A stretch of DNA of 64,000 nt. Source: Gemmatales bacterium (lineage in GTDB: Bacteria > Planctomycetota > Planctomycetia > Gemmatales > HRBIN36). The DNA lies in assembly GCA_047602475.1 (NCBI GenBank), contig JASGHE010000002.1:1830240-1894239 (forward strand), written 5' to 3'. The translations under genes and the position numbers were made by a program. Positions 19,066 to 28,941 of this stretch are shown one piece after another. The notes below the pieces were generated by a model. The model did no database searches. It worked only from the letters and a program-made list of their open reading frames with translations, and was not told where the DNA came from. The first letter of the stretch is position 1, and each line of letters starts with the position of its first letter.

Positions 19066-19628
19066 AGCGTTCCCTCCTCAGCCTGGAGCTTATTTGTCAG
19101 GCATTCCAGGAGCCATTGCTTGCCGCGCTGTAAACGCTTCTTGAGGTTCTCGAAGCTGATCTGAAGCCGCTGGGTGAGCATCTCGCCGCTGATGTCGAAT
19201 TGGTAGCGCAGTCAGATGGCCTGGCGATAAGGTTCGGGCAGCTTGTCGATGCAGTCGCGCAGTCCGTTCAGCTTCTCGTCCAGCGTATCGCCGGGTTGCC
19301 GATGTAGTCTGTCGCAACGATCTTCAAGAGTCACCAGCCAGGCCGGATCGTAGGAGACGTTTACGGTGACCATCTTGCGATGATGAGCCAGCACCACATT
19401 CTTGGCGATGCCACGCAGCCATGGTCCAAAAGGTTTGGTGCGATCAAACTTATCGATGTTCCGCCAGGCGGTGACGAGGGTATCCTGCACGAGGTCGTCC
19501 ACTTCCGAAGGCGCAGCCAGGCAACGCACATAGACATGCAGCATGCGGGCATGTTCACGAGCCAGGATGTCGAAGAGATCACGAGCGTTCATAGTGGATA
19601 TTGTCGTGAATGGGGCGGGAGGGGACAA
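19063..19628 (-). pseudogene. ECF (sigma-70 family) sigma factor with an in-frame TGA at 19209-19211 between region 2 and region 4
   Basis: Region 2 ...DDLVQDTLVTAWRNIDKFD...PFGPWLRGIAKNVVLAHHRK. Then ...LPEPYRQAI-TGA-LRYQFDISGEMLTQRLQISFENLKKRLQRGKQWLLECL (region 4) in the same frame. Confidence 0.65.
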
Positions 19629-19770
19629 ATTCTAGGAGTTTCGATTGCGATTTGAGATGCAGCAACAATTGCTAGAGGATAGCATGGCAAACCACTATGG
19701 AGATGGCCATGAATCAAGGGCTGGCATCTATTTCCCTCATAAGGTATAATTCATTACGGAGGATTGACTC

Positions 19771-20016
19771 ATGAGTACCGCAGTTCTTGACGCTAACAAG
19801 CGTGTGACTATTGATACATTGAACGAGACGATTGAAATCAAGGAACAAGATGGCCAGGTAGTTGGAAGATATGTCCCTGAAGCAGACTATAAGAACATGA
19901 TGTACGCCCTGGCAGAGGCACAGTGTCCTCTAACGAAAGAAGAACTAGAAGAACGACGTAAAGAAAAAGGCGGCAGCACGCTTAAAGAAATTTGGAAACG
20001 GCTGGGCCGACAATGA
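19771..20016 (+). CDS. putative type II antitoxin
   Basis: 81 aa, acidic. Its stop overlaps the start of the ParE-like gene (ATGA). Lower-GC islet. Confidence 0.5.
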   Translation: MSTAVLDANKRVTIDTLNETIEIKEQDGQVVGRYVPEADYKNMMYALAEAQCPLTKEELEERRKEKGGSTLKEIWKRLGRQ

Positions 20017-20276
20017 AATGGACTGTCGTTTGGACATCCAAAGCCGAGGCCGATCTCTCAGAACTTTGGATCGAATCACTGGGCAGAGACGCTCTTACTT
20101 TCGCGGTCGACAGCATGGATGAGTTATTATCGCAAAACCCATTGAAGTATGGCGAATCTCGAGAGTTGAATGAACGATTGCTTTTCGTTCCGCCTGTTGC
20201 AATACGCTATTCAGTATCCCCGGAAGATCGTCTTGTCACAGTAATGTCCATTTGGCCTATTCGATCACGGTTATGA
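20013..20276 (+). CDS. ParE/RelE-family type II toxin
   Basis: MKWTVVWTSKAEADLSELW...GESRELNERLLFVPPVAIRYSVSPEDRLVTVMSIWP follows the ParE fold pattern. Confidence 0.65.
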   Translation: MKWTVVWTSKAEADLSELWIESLGRDALTFAVDSMDELLSQNPLKYGESRELNERLLFVPPVAIRYSVSPEDRLVTVMSIWPIRSRL

Positions 20277-20368
20277 TGGTTCGCTCCGACGGATTCCTTC
20301 GTAAAACACGGAGCCGAACTGGCTTTGCGTCAATTGACTGCTGTGTTCCCTGATGCTGCGGAGCCATC

Positions 20369-20740
20369 ATGAGCTGGATGTCCCAAGGTTTCCAAGACCT
20401 GATTACCGCCTCCGCTGAAGGTAACTTACCAAAGGTCAAAACCCTCCTCGAAAAGAAGGTCAATCCTAACGACGATTACGGTGCCCCGCGTGGCTGGTCA
20501 CCGTTGATGAGCGCGGCCTATCACGGCCATTTGGAAGTGGTGAAGTTGCTTGTGAAACATCACGCCAGGCTCGATGCTGTCGAAGTCGACGGCTGGCTGA
20601 CTGCACTCGACCTCGCCATCATGAATAAGAAAGATGACGTGGTATCATATCTAAAGGCTGTGCATGCACCACTGGGAAAGAATGTCCCCAATCCTCATCG
20701 TGGCGGGAAGTTAGGTGGCTGGGTGAGTGATGAGAGGTGA
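20369..20740 (+). CDS. ankyrin-repeat protein
   Basis: GWSPLMSAAYHGHLEVVKLLVKHHARLDAVEVDGWLTALDLAIMNKKDDVVSYL is an ANK repeat pattern. Confidence 0.7.
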   Translation: MSWMSQGFQDLITASAEGNLPKVKTLLEKKVNPNDDYGAPRGWSPLMSAAYHGHLEVVKLLVKHHARLDAVEVDGWLTALDLAIMNKKDDVVSYLKAVHAPLGKNVPNPHRGGKLGGWVSDER

Positions 20741-20821
20741 TTGCCCTCAATTGTCGCCTTGATTCATTCAGCCGAATGCCGTATTCATCCTTAGAACAAT
20801 CCTTCCACATGGAGGAAGACG

Positions 20822-21574
20822 ATGCAGAGGGAGAATGAGCCGGTTGGGCCACAGACACGGATGCCGCCTACATGGATGATGGCACTGGGCAGCCTGGTGA
20901 TTGCTATTCACCTGCTCCTGGCGTTCATCATGACGCTCAATGAACCAAGCGGCCCCTGGCCCGTACAGGGCACCGGCCTTCCGGCTGATCCGCCACGCTT
21001 CGTTTCCGGCATCGGCAACCATTGGCTGACCAATCTGTACCACAACACCGTCCGCAGCAATCACAGCTTCCACTTCAGTTCCAATCGACAGGAGAATCAG
21101 GAAATCTCCTTCGATGGCCTAATCAAGGATGACAAGGGCGTAATTCAGCGCAAGGTCAGCATCCCCGATCCTGAAGCTCCTTCCTCCATTCAAGTTCGAC
21201 AAAGGCTGCTCGCTCAGCAGCTCGGAAACGATGAACCTCTGCCTCCTCAGCAGGGTGTCATCATCGCCGCACCGGGAAAAGAACTGGAGCCGATTCGATG
21301 GTGGCATCAGGAAGCTGACCGGCGATATATCCTGAAGACAGAGAACCCGAACGCTGTTCCCCGCAACCAGAACTTCATGCACCCGACCGATTCTCAGATG
21401 ATCATTGCCAGGGCCTACTCCCGCTTTCTGTCGAGACAGAACGCCGGGGCCAGAGTGGAACTCAATCGCAACTGGTACGATCCGATCCTGCCGATGGTAC
21501 TGGTGAATGATCCCCCACCGAACGCAGCGGACCTGCGTCATTTTAGTTCGAGCTATGGAGAGCTGATTAAGTGA
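20822..21574 (+). CDS. hypothetical membrane protein
   Basis: One N-terminal TM helix. Its stop overlaps the next gene's start (ATGA). Confidence 0.5.
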   Translation: MQRENEPVGPQTRMPPTWMMALGSLVIAIHLLLAFIMTLNEPSGPWPVQGTGLPADPPRFVSGIGNHWLTNLYHNTVRSNHSFHFSSNRQENQEISFDGLIKDDKGVIQRKVSIPDPEAPSSIQVRQRLLAQQLGNDEPLPPQQGVIIAAPGKELEPIRWWHQEADRRYILKTENPNAVPRNQNFMHPTDSQMIIARAYSRFLSRQNAGARVELNRNWYDPILPMVLVNDPPPNAADLRHFSSSYGELIK

Positions 21575-22596
21575 GTAATCGAGAAACTTCTCCAGACGCC
21601 TCATCCAGCAAGCGGCAGGGGTTCTGGAAGTGCTGGATCAACTTCTGGTTCCTACCCCGGCAGACGCTGGCGCTTCACGCTGTCCGCATGATCTTCGGCA
21701 TGCTGCTCTTGTGTTGGCTGGTGCCGTTCGCCGGTTACGTCAATGATTTCTTCGGGCTGAGCGGCTGGTTCGATACCGCTGCCTACGCCGAAGCAGGCAA
21801 AGCGGGGCGTGAGTTGATCGACAGCAAAAGCTGGTCGCTGCTCTACCTCGTCGCCAATAATCCGGCGGCGCTGCATGCGGTCTATTGGGGATCGGTGACG
21901 GTGCTGGTTCTCTTCACGCTCGGACTGTTCACCCGCATCACCGCCGTCCTCACCTGGCTCATTGTTGTTTCATTCACCGCTAATCCGCTCATCGAAGTCG
22001 ATACAGATGTCTTCTTCCGGCTCATCGCCTTCTATCTGATGATCGGCTATCTACTCATCGATTGGCTGCGAACTGATCTGCCCCTCTGGCAGAAGATCGT
22101 CACGCCGTTCCAGCATTCGGTGGTAGCCATGTTCAAACCCCAGGAGAGCATGCCGCGGAGCAGCGCCGCCACGGTGGCCTTGCGCTTGCTTCAGGTACAC
22201 TTCGCCCTGGCAGTAGTGATGATGGGGCTGCACAAACTCCAGGTCGCCGAATGGTGGGGAGGCTTCACCTTCTGGTATCCGCTGCATCGGCCTTCGCAAA
22301 CGACTGCCGAAGCGATCAGCGACCTGCGACCCCGATCTGAAGTCTATTTGATGACGATCAGCCTGGTGGCCTATGTGGTGCTTGCCTGGCAGATCTTCTT
22401 CCCGACCTTTGCCTGGCGGGGCGGGTTATGCCGGTGGGTGCTGTTAGGCGGGGCCGTGCTGGGCGGTATTGGTTTGATCGCCATCTACCCCATACCGCTC
22501 TTGGGCGAGACCTTCGCACTGTTATGTTTGACTTATCTGACCGATTTCGAGTGGTTCGCCCTCTTTTCCCCGCTCCGGCGTTTGATGAAAAGCTAG
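21571..22596 (+). CDS. polytopic membrane protein, possibly HTTM-domain (vitamin-K-dependent gamma-carboxylase-like)
   Basis: 341 aa with 7-8 predicted TM helices and Trp-rich loops. Co-transcribed with the preceding gene. Confidence 0.45.
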   Translation: MSNRETSPDASSSKRQGFWKCWINFWFLPRQTLALHAVRMIFGMLLLCWLVPFAGYVNDFFGLSGWFDTAAYAEAGKAGRELIDSKSWSLLYLVANNPAALHAVYWGSVTVLVLFTLGLFTRITAVLTWLIVVSFTANPLIEVDTDVFFRLIAFYLMIGYLLIDWLRTDLPLWQKIVTPFQHSVVAMFKPQESMPRSSAATVALRLLQVHFALAVVMMGLHKLQVAEWWGGFTFWYPLHRPSQTTAEAISDLRPRSEVYLMTISLVAYVVLAWQIFFPTFAWRGGLCRWVLLGGAVLGGIGLIAIYPIPLLGETFALLCLTYLTDFEWFALFSPLRRLMKS

Positions 22597-22624
22597 AACT
22601 GGGGCATAATAGAAGGTCGAGCGG

Positions 22625-22730
22625 TCTGGTTCTCCCCCTTACTAAGGGGGAGTTAGAGGGGGTTGTTGTTACAGTTAAAATAACCCCACCCAGCCTCCCC
22701 TTGGTAAGGGGAGGAGTAAGACAAGGTTTT
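22625..22730. repeat. Family-C' variant inverted-repeat element
   Basis: ctcccccttactaagggggagttagagggggtt...aaccccacccagcctccccttggtaaggggagg. The right arm is identical to the left arm of the element at 62625-62712. Confidence 0.65.
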
Positions 22731-22754
22731 GCCTGATGAGGAGCACTTCCTGCG

Positions 22755-23960
22755 ATGAGGATCCGTCGTTCCCTGGCCGTTCTCCCCGTGATGAGCATCA
22801 TCCTGGCTTGCACCGGCTGCCCACCTTCAGTGCCGGTGAACACCACTCCCACCATTCCAGCTCCTACCACCGTTAAAGTTGATCCGCTCCAGGTTCGGAT
22901 GCTGGAAGCCATCAATTCCATCCGTCAGCGTGATCTCGAACCCTCGCATGGCTTCTGGACCGTCTTTCACGGCATCCTGGGCCTCGGACCCGATGTCATG
23001 CTTCTCGATCGCACCACCGGTAAACGTGTGAAGGCGCTGGATTACATCCGTACTGGCGGCGTGATGGAAGGGTTGCGGTTCGATAATCGAGGTCAGGGAC
23101 TGGATGTCTTCACCGCCTCCGACAAAGATCGCTTCTTTGCCCAGGGACACCAGGATCAGTTCGTCGCCGAGATGGCCCAGTGGGGCGTGCCGCTCGGCCT
23201 CAAGTTCAAAGTCAATGGCCAGGACTTCACCTTCGCTGATTTCGTCCGCTACTCGAAGTATCGCGCCAGCGCCACTCGGAAACAGGAACTCTCCTGGGCC
23301 ATCCTCATCGTCGCTGAGTATGAAGGCACGAACCTCGCCTGGACAAATCAGTTCGGCGAAACCGTTACTCTGGAAGACATGGTCAAGTATGAACTCGATT
23401 CACCGATGGATCCCGACGAGGCAATGAAGATCGGACAACTGCCTCTGTCCTGTGGTGGTACCCATCGTCTGTATGGTCTCTCGTGGGCTTTGAATGTTCA
23501 CCTGCAGAACGGCGGCAAGCTGACCGGCCTCTGGAAGAAGGTTGACGAGAAGCTCAACAGCTTCAAGAAGTCGATCAAGAACACCCAGAACGAAGATGGC
23601 TCGTTCTCCACCAACTGGCTCGTTCGCAAAGGTAACGATCCTGACCCGGGCTTACGCCTGACCACGAGCGGCCACACGTTTGAATGGTTGGCCCTGGCGC
23701 TGACCGATGCGGAACTTCGTGAGCCCTGGGTCGAACATGCTGCCAGCTATTTGACTCAGCTAGTCTTTGACTTGCAGCGTAAACCGGTCGAAGGCGGAGC
23801 GCTTTACCATGCCGTGCATGGCTTGATCATCTATTATGCCCGACTGTATGGCACAGAGAAGTTGGGCGATAACACTCCCTATCTGCGGCTTGCTCCCGGC
23901 TGCAAGCCGGTCGAACGCAAGCCCGACGCTACATTCAAGGCGCTGAAGGCTGTGTTTTAA
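22755..23960 (+). CDS. hypothetical lipoprotein
   Basis: Signal peptide with lipobox ILACTGC. No recognised domain. Confidence 0.55.
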   Translation: MRIRRSLAVLPVMSIILACTGCPPSVPVNTTPTIPAPTTVKVDPLQVRMLEAINSIRQRDLEPSHGFWTVFHGILGLGPDVMLLDRTTGKRVKALDYIRTGGVMEGLRFDNRGQGLDVFTASDKDRFFAQGHQDQFVAEMAQWGVPLGLKFKVNGQDFTFADFVRYSKYRASATRKQELSWAILIVAEYEGTNLAWTNQFGETVTLEDMVKYELDSPMDPDEAMKIGQLPLSCGGTHRLYGLSWALNVHLQNGGKLTGLWKKVDEKLNSFKKSIKNTQNEDGSFSTNWLVRKGNDPDPGLRLTTSGHTFEWLALALTDAELREPWVEHAASYLTQLVFDLQRKPVEGGALYHAVHGLIIYYARLYGTEKLGDNTPYLRLAPGCKPVERKPDATFKALKAVF

Positions 23961-24105
23961 GGTGCGACGGCGCGATGTTCGTCGGGTGCGTGAACGTCTG
24001 CCGGATATAAGCCAGCCAGATGAACGTGATGAGGATGATGGGCACCATCACGATCACGATCCATTTGCCGCTCACACTCGCCGGTGGTTTGGGTTCGGTG
24101 GACAT
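23935..24105 (-). CDS. hypothetical small membrane protein (56 aa)
   Basis: MSTEPKPPASVSGKWIVIVMVPIILITFIWLAYIRQ... with aagga 7 nt upstream of the ATG. Not in the supplied ORF track (under 60 aa). Low confidence. Confidence 0.3.
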   Translation of the reverse strand: MSTEPKPPASVSGKWIVIVMVPIILITFIWLAYIRQTFTHPTNIAPSHLKTQPSAP

Positions 24106-24128
24106 CGTAATCCTTGAGGATTGGCATT

Positions 24129-24176
24129 TCTCCCCTCTCCCCTGGAGGGAGAGGGGTTGGGGGTGAGGGGGAGCAT
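24129..24176. repeat. Family-C solo arm
   Basis: tctcccctctcccctggagggagaggggttgggggtgagggggagcatagc. An identical 50-mer occurs at 28877-28930. Confidence 0.7.
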
Positions 24177-24197
24177 AGCTGCCTCGACACTCTCAGT

Positions 24198-24947
24198 CTA
24201 CGGCTTGCGGCCCCAGAGTTGATAGCTGGGGATCACAAAGTGAAAAGTTGGCCCGACACGCTTCAGTTCAATCCAACCCAACCGCTGTAGCTCTGACTGA
24301 TAGTCAGACACATACGAAATATCTAAGATCACCAACCGGCCACCGGGTTTGAGCACCCGGTGTATTTGCTGAATGGCCTGCTGCCTGCCCGCTGCATCAG
24401 GAATGTTGTGAATCGCCCACGACGAGACGATGATATCGAAACGATTATCTTCGAACGGCAGTGCCCGCATGTCGCCGGTGTGCAGCTCAACCTTCTCCGC
24501 GACACCCTCCCGCCGGGCGTTCTCCTCGGTGGTCGTGATGGCATTGCCAGATTGATCCTGCACTTGCCAGAGATCGATGCCCACGCCACGCCCGGTGGTA
24601 AGCTTCTTGGCCACTCCCAATAACATGAGTCCCCGACCGCAGCCCACATCGAGTACTTGCTTATCGCCGGTCAGTGATAGCTTCTCAATGATTTGATCAC
24701 GCAGCCGCAGCTTGCCAACCTTACTGCCCCACATCATGACGAAGCCGGTCAGCAGAAAGGTGAGTCCGGGCCAGAAAGCCAGGTTGGCGATGCTCTGCCA
24801 CCAGCCGGGCAGGTCGTTCCCCAGCCGCCAGATGATGCTGCCCGATACAACCCCCGCTCCGCCGAACAGCAGGAACCTCCGCACAACCCCCGGAGCATCG
24901 ATGCCGTAGTCAGCCTTGAGCCCTGGCGGTGAGGCAAGCATTCCCAT
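24198..24947 (-). CDS. class I SAM-dependent methyltransferase with N-terminal TM helices
   Basis: VLDVGCGRGLMLLGVA (motif I), DIIVSSWAIHNI, LKPGGRLVILD. Confidence 0.8.
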   Translation of the reverse strand: MGMLASPPGLKADYGIDAPGVVRRFLLFGGAGVVSGSIIWRLGNDLPGWWQSIANLAFWPGLTFLLTGFVMMWGSKVGKLRLRDQIIEKLSLTGDKQVLDVGCGRGLMLLGVAKKLTTGRGVGIDLWQVQDQSGNAITTTEENARREGVAEKVELHTGDMRALPFEDNRFDIIVSSWAIHNIPDAAGRQQAIQQIHRVLKPGGRLVILDISYVSDYQSELQRLGWIELKRVGPTFHFVIPSYQLWGRKP

Positions 24948-25026
24948 GTCGCACTTCTACCTTTTGCTTTTGACCTTCTTAGCTTACAATGTGCATGCAC
25001 AGCTTCATCCAGGCAGGAGCCGATTC

Positions 25027-26476
25027 ATGCAACGGTTGTTGATCTTCGTCGTCGCCGCGGTCGTCACGTTTCTTTCGACGATGGCTGTCACCTCTTCGAT
25101 GGGCACTACCACCCCTGCGGTAGTAGCTCCTACAGCAACCGCAGCTACTCTGCAGGTCGGGTTCGCTAACCGCGACATCACCCCGGAAGTCGGTAAAGAC
25201 AAGCCGCCCGTTTACATGGCCGGCTTCGGACACAACCGTGTTGCTGAGGGCGTCAACGATCCGCTCTATGCCCACGCTGTCGTTCTGAGCGATGGCACCA
25301 ACAAGATCGCTCTCGTCTCGCTCGATATCGTCGGCCTGTTTTACCCCAATGCCATGAACATCCGTGCCGGGTTGCCGGGCTACACCGGAGTCATCGTCAG
25401 CAGCACCCACAACCATGAAGGTCCCGATACGCTGGGTCTTTGGGGCGAATCACCTTTGAAGAACGGCATCAACAGGGACTATCTGAAACGGGTCGAGAAC
25501 GAAGCCATCGCCGCCGTCAAGGAAGCTGATTCGAAGCTCTCCACCGTGACCGCCCGCTTCGGCAAGGCGAATGCTCCGAAGCTGCTCTACGATTCCCGTG
25601 AGCCATACATCCTCCATGATGAGCTCTACGTCCTCAAGTTCGACGATGCAGCAGGCAAGCCCAAGGGCATCCTGATGAACTGGCACTGCCACCCTGAAAC
25701 GCTGGCCGATAAGAACACCAAGATCAGTGCCGACTATGTGGGCTACTGCCGCGATGATCTCGCCAAGCGTTACGATTGCCCGGTCGCCTACTTCACCGGC
25801 ACTGTCGGTGGGTTGATGACCACGCTGCATTTGCAGGTGCGAGACGAGCAAGGCACATTGATGCCGGAGAACTCCCTCGCCAAGACGATCGAGTATGGTC
25901 ATCAGCTTGCGAAGGTCGCCCATCAGGCGGTGACCGCTTCGACGCCAGTATCCCTGACGCCGCTACAGTGTGCGAACTCAGAAGATATACGTCCCTATGG
26001 CCAACCCAGCTTTCAAAGCGGGCCGCACCATGGGTGTGCTGGACCGCGATGCCTACGAGTGGAAGGGCAACCCGCTGGTAGCCGGCAACAAGGTGCCATC
26101 TCGGCTGGGCACGGGTGAGATAGCGATGGACAGCGAAGTGAGCCTGTTGACCCTGGGGGAAGTGCAGGTCGCCTGCATCCCCGGTGAAATCTACCCGGAG
26201 ACAGTGCTCGGTGGCACTCCCAACCCCGCTGTGGCCGGCGCTGACTATCCCGATGCCCCGATCGAACCAGTCATCTACCAGGTGATGAAAGGCAAACACA
26301 AGATGCTCTTTGGTTTAGCCAACGACGAGATCGGCTACATCGTCCCCAAACGCCAATGGGACGTGAAAGCCCCCTTCTGCTACGGTCGCACCAAAGCCCA
26401 GTACGGCGAAGTCAACAGTTGCGGCCCGGAGACGGCTCCGATTATCTGCGAGACGTTTAAGAACCTGGTGAAGTAG
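25027..26476 (+). pseudogene. neutral/alkaline ceramidase-like hydrolase, frameshifted near 25965-25975
   Basis: N-terminal part (to 26118) reads ...GFGHNRVAEGVNDPLYAHAVVLSDG...SSTHNHEGPD. The C-terminal part continues in another frame from about 25973 (QKIYVPMANPAFKAGRTMGVLDRDAY...). The junction looks like ccgctacag(t)gtgcgaact. Confidence 0.6.
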
Positions 26477-26532
26477 GAAGGTCTAGCAACTAGTGTTTAG
26501 TCAAATTTGCATTGAGGGTTGCAGAACTTTGT

Positions 26533-26730
26533 AGCCCCTGATAAGGGGGCGACTTGGAAGTAGCTGGCAGCGCTAGCTGCCAGTATGGAATGATAAAACC
26601 TTCGAGCCCCGAAGGGGCGATTGGGATAGAACCCACGTTCCAATCGCCCCTCCGGGGCTCTTCGTTCAAATCTACTTCTACTGGCAGCTTACGCTGCCAG
26701 CTACTTCCCGGTCGCCCCTTATCAGGGGCT
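26533..26730. repeat. Family-B palindromic repeat, copy 2
   Basis: gcccctgataagggggcgac...gtcgccccttatcaggggc with the same nested hairpins as copy 1. Confidence 0.75.
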
Positions 26731-26770
26731 AACAAGAACCATCCTAGCTCCTAATCTTACAAAGCCATAG

Positions 26771-26814
26771 ATGTGGCAGGGTCGAAACGGTGTACCGTTA
26801 CGACCCTGCCACAT
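26771..26814. other. 44-bp near-perfect palindrome (atgtggcagggtcgaaacggt-gt-accgttacgaccctgccacat)
   Basis: Lies between Family-B copy 2 and the 3' end of the orphan antitoxin gene. Could be a bidirectional terminator or a protein-binding site. Confidence 0.5.
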
Positions 26815-26848
26815 CTGCCAAGTTTTCGATACGCTAATAAAGCAGTAG

Positions 26849-27094
26849 CTATTTCGCCTTTTCAACTTCCACATCATCTAAGATCATCTTCAGGGCTACT
26901 TCACGCGGAATCGGTTTTACTCTACCAGATTCAATATCATCGATCCGCCGCCTGAGCTCAGCCGCAAACTCTTCTTCAGATTCATATCCGTCATTCGGCC
27001 CCAGGCTCTCCATCAATTCAATCATGATCTCTTCCTGATCTGATTCAGGAAGAGCGCGGATAGCAACCAGCATGTCTTGTGCAGCCTTCGACAT
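26849..27094 (-). CDS. addiction-module antitoxin-like protein without an adjacent toxin gene
   Basis: MSKAAQDMLVAIRALPESDQEEIMIELMESL...ELRRRIDDIESGRVKPIP matches the putative addiction-module component pattern. The start codon is 2 nt after the ilvE stop. Confidence 0.55.
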   Translation of the reverse strand: MSKAAQDMLVAIRALPESDQEEIMIELMESLGPNDGYESEEEFAAELRRRIDDIESGRVKPIPREVALKMILDDVEVEKAK

Positions 27095-27096
27095 GA

Positions 27097-27975
27097 CTAT
27101 CCCTCAATCGTCTCCAACTTATCTTCCGGCTCGTTGGTCATCTCTTTGAAGAACCCAAGCAGCTTCTTCGTCACCGGGCCGGCTTTGCCGGTGCCGATGG
27201 TGCGGCCATCGACGGTGGCGACAGGAACGATCTCGGCAGCGGTGCCGGTCAGGAAACACTCCTCAGCAGTGTAGACGTCAAACCGGGAAAGCGCACACTG
27301 ATGCACGACGATGTTGTGCTTGCGGGCCAGGTGAATGACGCAGCCACGAGTAATGCCATCAAGAATGCCGGCATCAATAGACGGGGTGTAGATTTCGCCC
27401 TTCTTGACGAGGAAGATGTTGTCGCCGGAGCACTCGGAGACTTCGCCCTTGTGATTGAGCATCAGCGCTTCCTGGCAGTTGGAAAGGGTCGCTTCCATGC
27501 GGGCCATCACGTTGTTGAGATAATTCAGCGACTTCACCCGGGCGTTGGTGGCGGCGGGGTGGTTCCGCATGGTGCCGACCGTGGCGACGTTCAGCCCGAT
27601 CTCGTAGCACTCCTTCGGATAGAGGCTGATCGTATCAGCAATGACTATGAGGCTGGGCTTCTCGCACTTGCGGGGATCGAGGCCAAGGTTGCCTTCGCCA
27701 CGGGTGATGATCGGCCTCAGATATTCGCAGCCAGGGCTGAGCTTGACCGTTTCCAAAATGGCTTTGGCTACCTCTCGCTGAGATTGAGGTACCTTGATGC
27801 CGATAGCTTTGGCGCTGTCAAAGAGGCGTTCGACGTGAGCCTTCAACTTGAAGACCTTGCCGTGATAGACACGGATGCCTTCAAACACCCCATCGCCATA
27901 GAGCAGGCCATGATCATAGACCGAGATCTTGGCGTCTTTCCTGTCGTAGAACTTGCCGTCAATGTAAATCTTCAT
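27097..27975 (-). CDS. ilvE: branched-chain amino acid aminotransferase (class IV)
   Basis: MKIYIDGKFYDRKDAKISVYDHGLLYGDGVFEGIRVY...ECFLTGTAAEIVPV. The longer ORF to 28092 has a low-complexity N-extension that is probably not translated. Confidence 0.85.
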   Translation of the reverse strand: MKIYIDGKFYDRKDAKISVYDHGLLYGDGVFEGIRVYHGKVFKLKAHVERLFDSAKAIGIKVPQSQREVAKAILETVKLSPGCEYLRPIITRGEGNLGLDPRKCEKPSLIVIADTISLYPKECYEIGLNVATVGTMRNHPAATNARVKSLNYLNNVMARMEATLSNCQEALMLNHKGEVSECSGDNIFLVKKGEIYTPSIDAGILDGITRGCVIHLARKHNIVVHQCALSRFDVYTAEECFLTGTAAEIVPVATVDGRTIGTGKAGPVTKKLLGFFKEMTNEPEDKLETIEG

Positions 27976-28095
27976 GGTGGAGCTTTCGGTGGGAAGTGAT
28001 GGGTTGGGAGCAGAGAGTTCAGGATGCTGATTTGAGAGCGGATAGATGATCGGTTCAGACATCTTTCCCAACTCCCCACTCTCAGCTCTCAACAG

Positions 28096-28860
28096 TCAGG
28101 CGCTTTTCAGCTTCAGTCTTTCTATTCCGGAAGTGGCGTGCTGTCCCCCCTCAGACGCAGGGACGAGTTTGCCCCGCACCATTTGCAGCACATTGCCGGT
28201 CTGTTGGGCCATTTCCCTGTTGTGCGTCACCATGATGATGGTCAGGCCATCCTGACGATTGAGTTCCAGCAGCAGCCGCAGCACATCGCCGCCGGTATCA
28301 GCATCCAGGTTTCCTGTTGGCTCATCAGCCAGCAGAATCTCCGGTGACGAGATGAGGGCACGAGCAATAGCGGCCCGCTGCATCTCTCCACCAGATAGCT
28401 CACGAGGCTTGTGCCGCATCCGATTGGCCAGGCCGACCCGATCCAGAAGCTCCATCGCCTTCTTCCGCTGCTTCCGGCGATTGCCGAGCCAGCTGAACAC
28501 TGAATGGCGAATGAGTCCTGGCATGGAGACGTTCTCCAGCACCGAGAACTCGGGAAGCAGATGATAGAACTGGAAGATGTAGCCGAACGTCTTGTTGCGT
28601 AGCTGATCGCGCTCCCCGGCGGAGAGGTTATCAATCCGCTTGCCGTTGAGCATGATCTTGCCGCCATCGGGCTTGTCTAGGGTGCCGAGCAAATGGAGCA
28701 GCGTGCTCTTGCCCGACCCGGAGGTGCCGACGATGCTGACAAACGCTCCACGAGGCACCGCCAGATCGACGCCCTGGAGCACCGGGATATCAATGCGGTG
28801 CTTGTGGTAGCTTTTCTTGAGGTCTTCGGTTGTCAGGTGATCGGACATAGGTAAGCTCAA
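28096..28860 (-). CDS. lolD: ABC transporter ATP-binding protein, LolD/MacB-type
   Basis: Walker [10 protein letters not shown], signature [15 protein letters not shown], Walker [13 protein letters not shown]. Confidence 0.85.
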   Translation of the reverse strand: MSLPMSDHLTTEDLKKSYHKHRIDIPVLQGVDLAVPRGAFVSIVGTSGSGKSTLLHLLGTLDKPDGGKIMLNGKRIDNLSAGERDQLRNKTFGYIFQFYHLLPEFSVLENVSMPGLIRHSVFSWLGNRRKQRKKAMELLDRVGLANRMRHKPRELSGGEMQRAAIARALISSPEILLADEPTGNLDADTGGDVLRLLLELNRQDGLTIIMVTHNREMAQQTGNVLQMVRGKLVPASEGGQHATSGIERLKLKSA

Positions 28861-28880
28861 TGTTTGAAGTGTCTGTCTTT

Positions 28881-28924
28881 TCTCCCCTCTCCCCTGGAGG
28901 GAGAGGGGTTGGGGGTGAGGGGGA
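28881..28924. repeat. Family-C solo arm inside the lolE-lolD intergenic spacer
   Basis: Identical to 24129-24176 including the flanking gggagcatagc. 20 nt upstream of the lolD start codon. Confidence 0.7.
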
Positions 28925-28941
28925 GCATAGCACTCGCGCCC

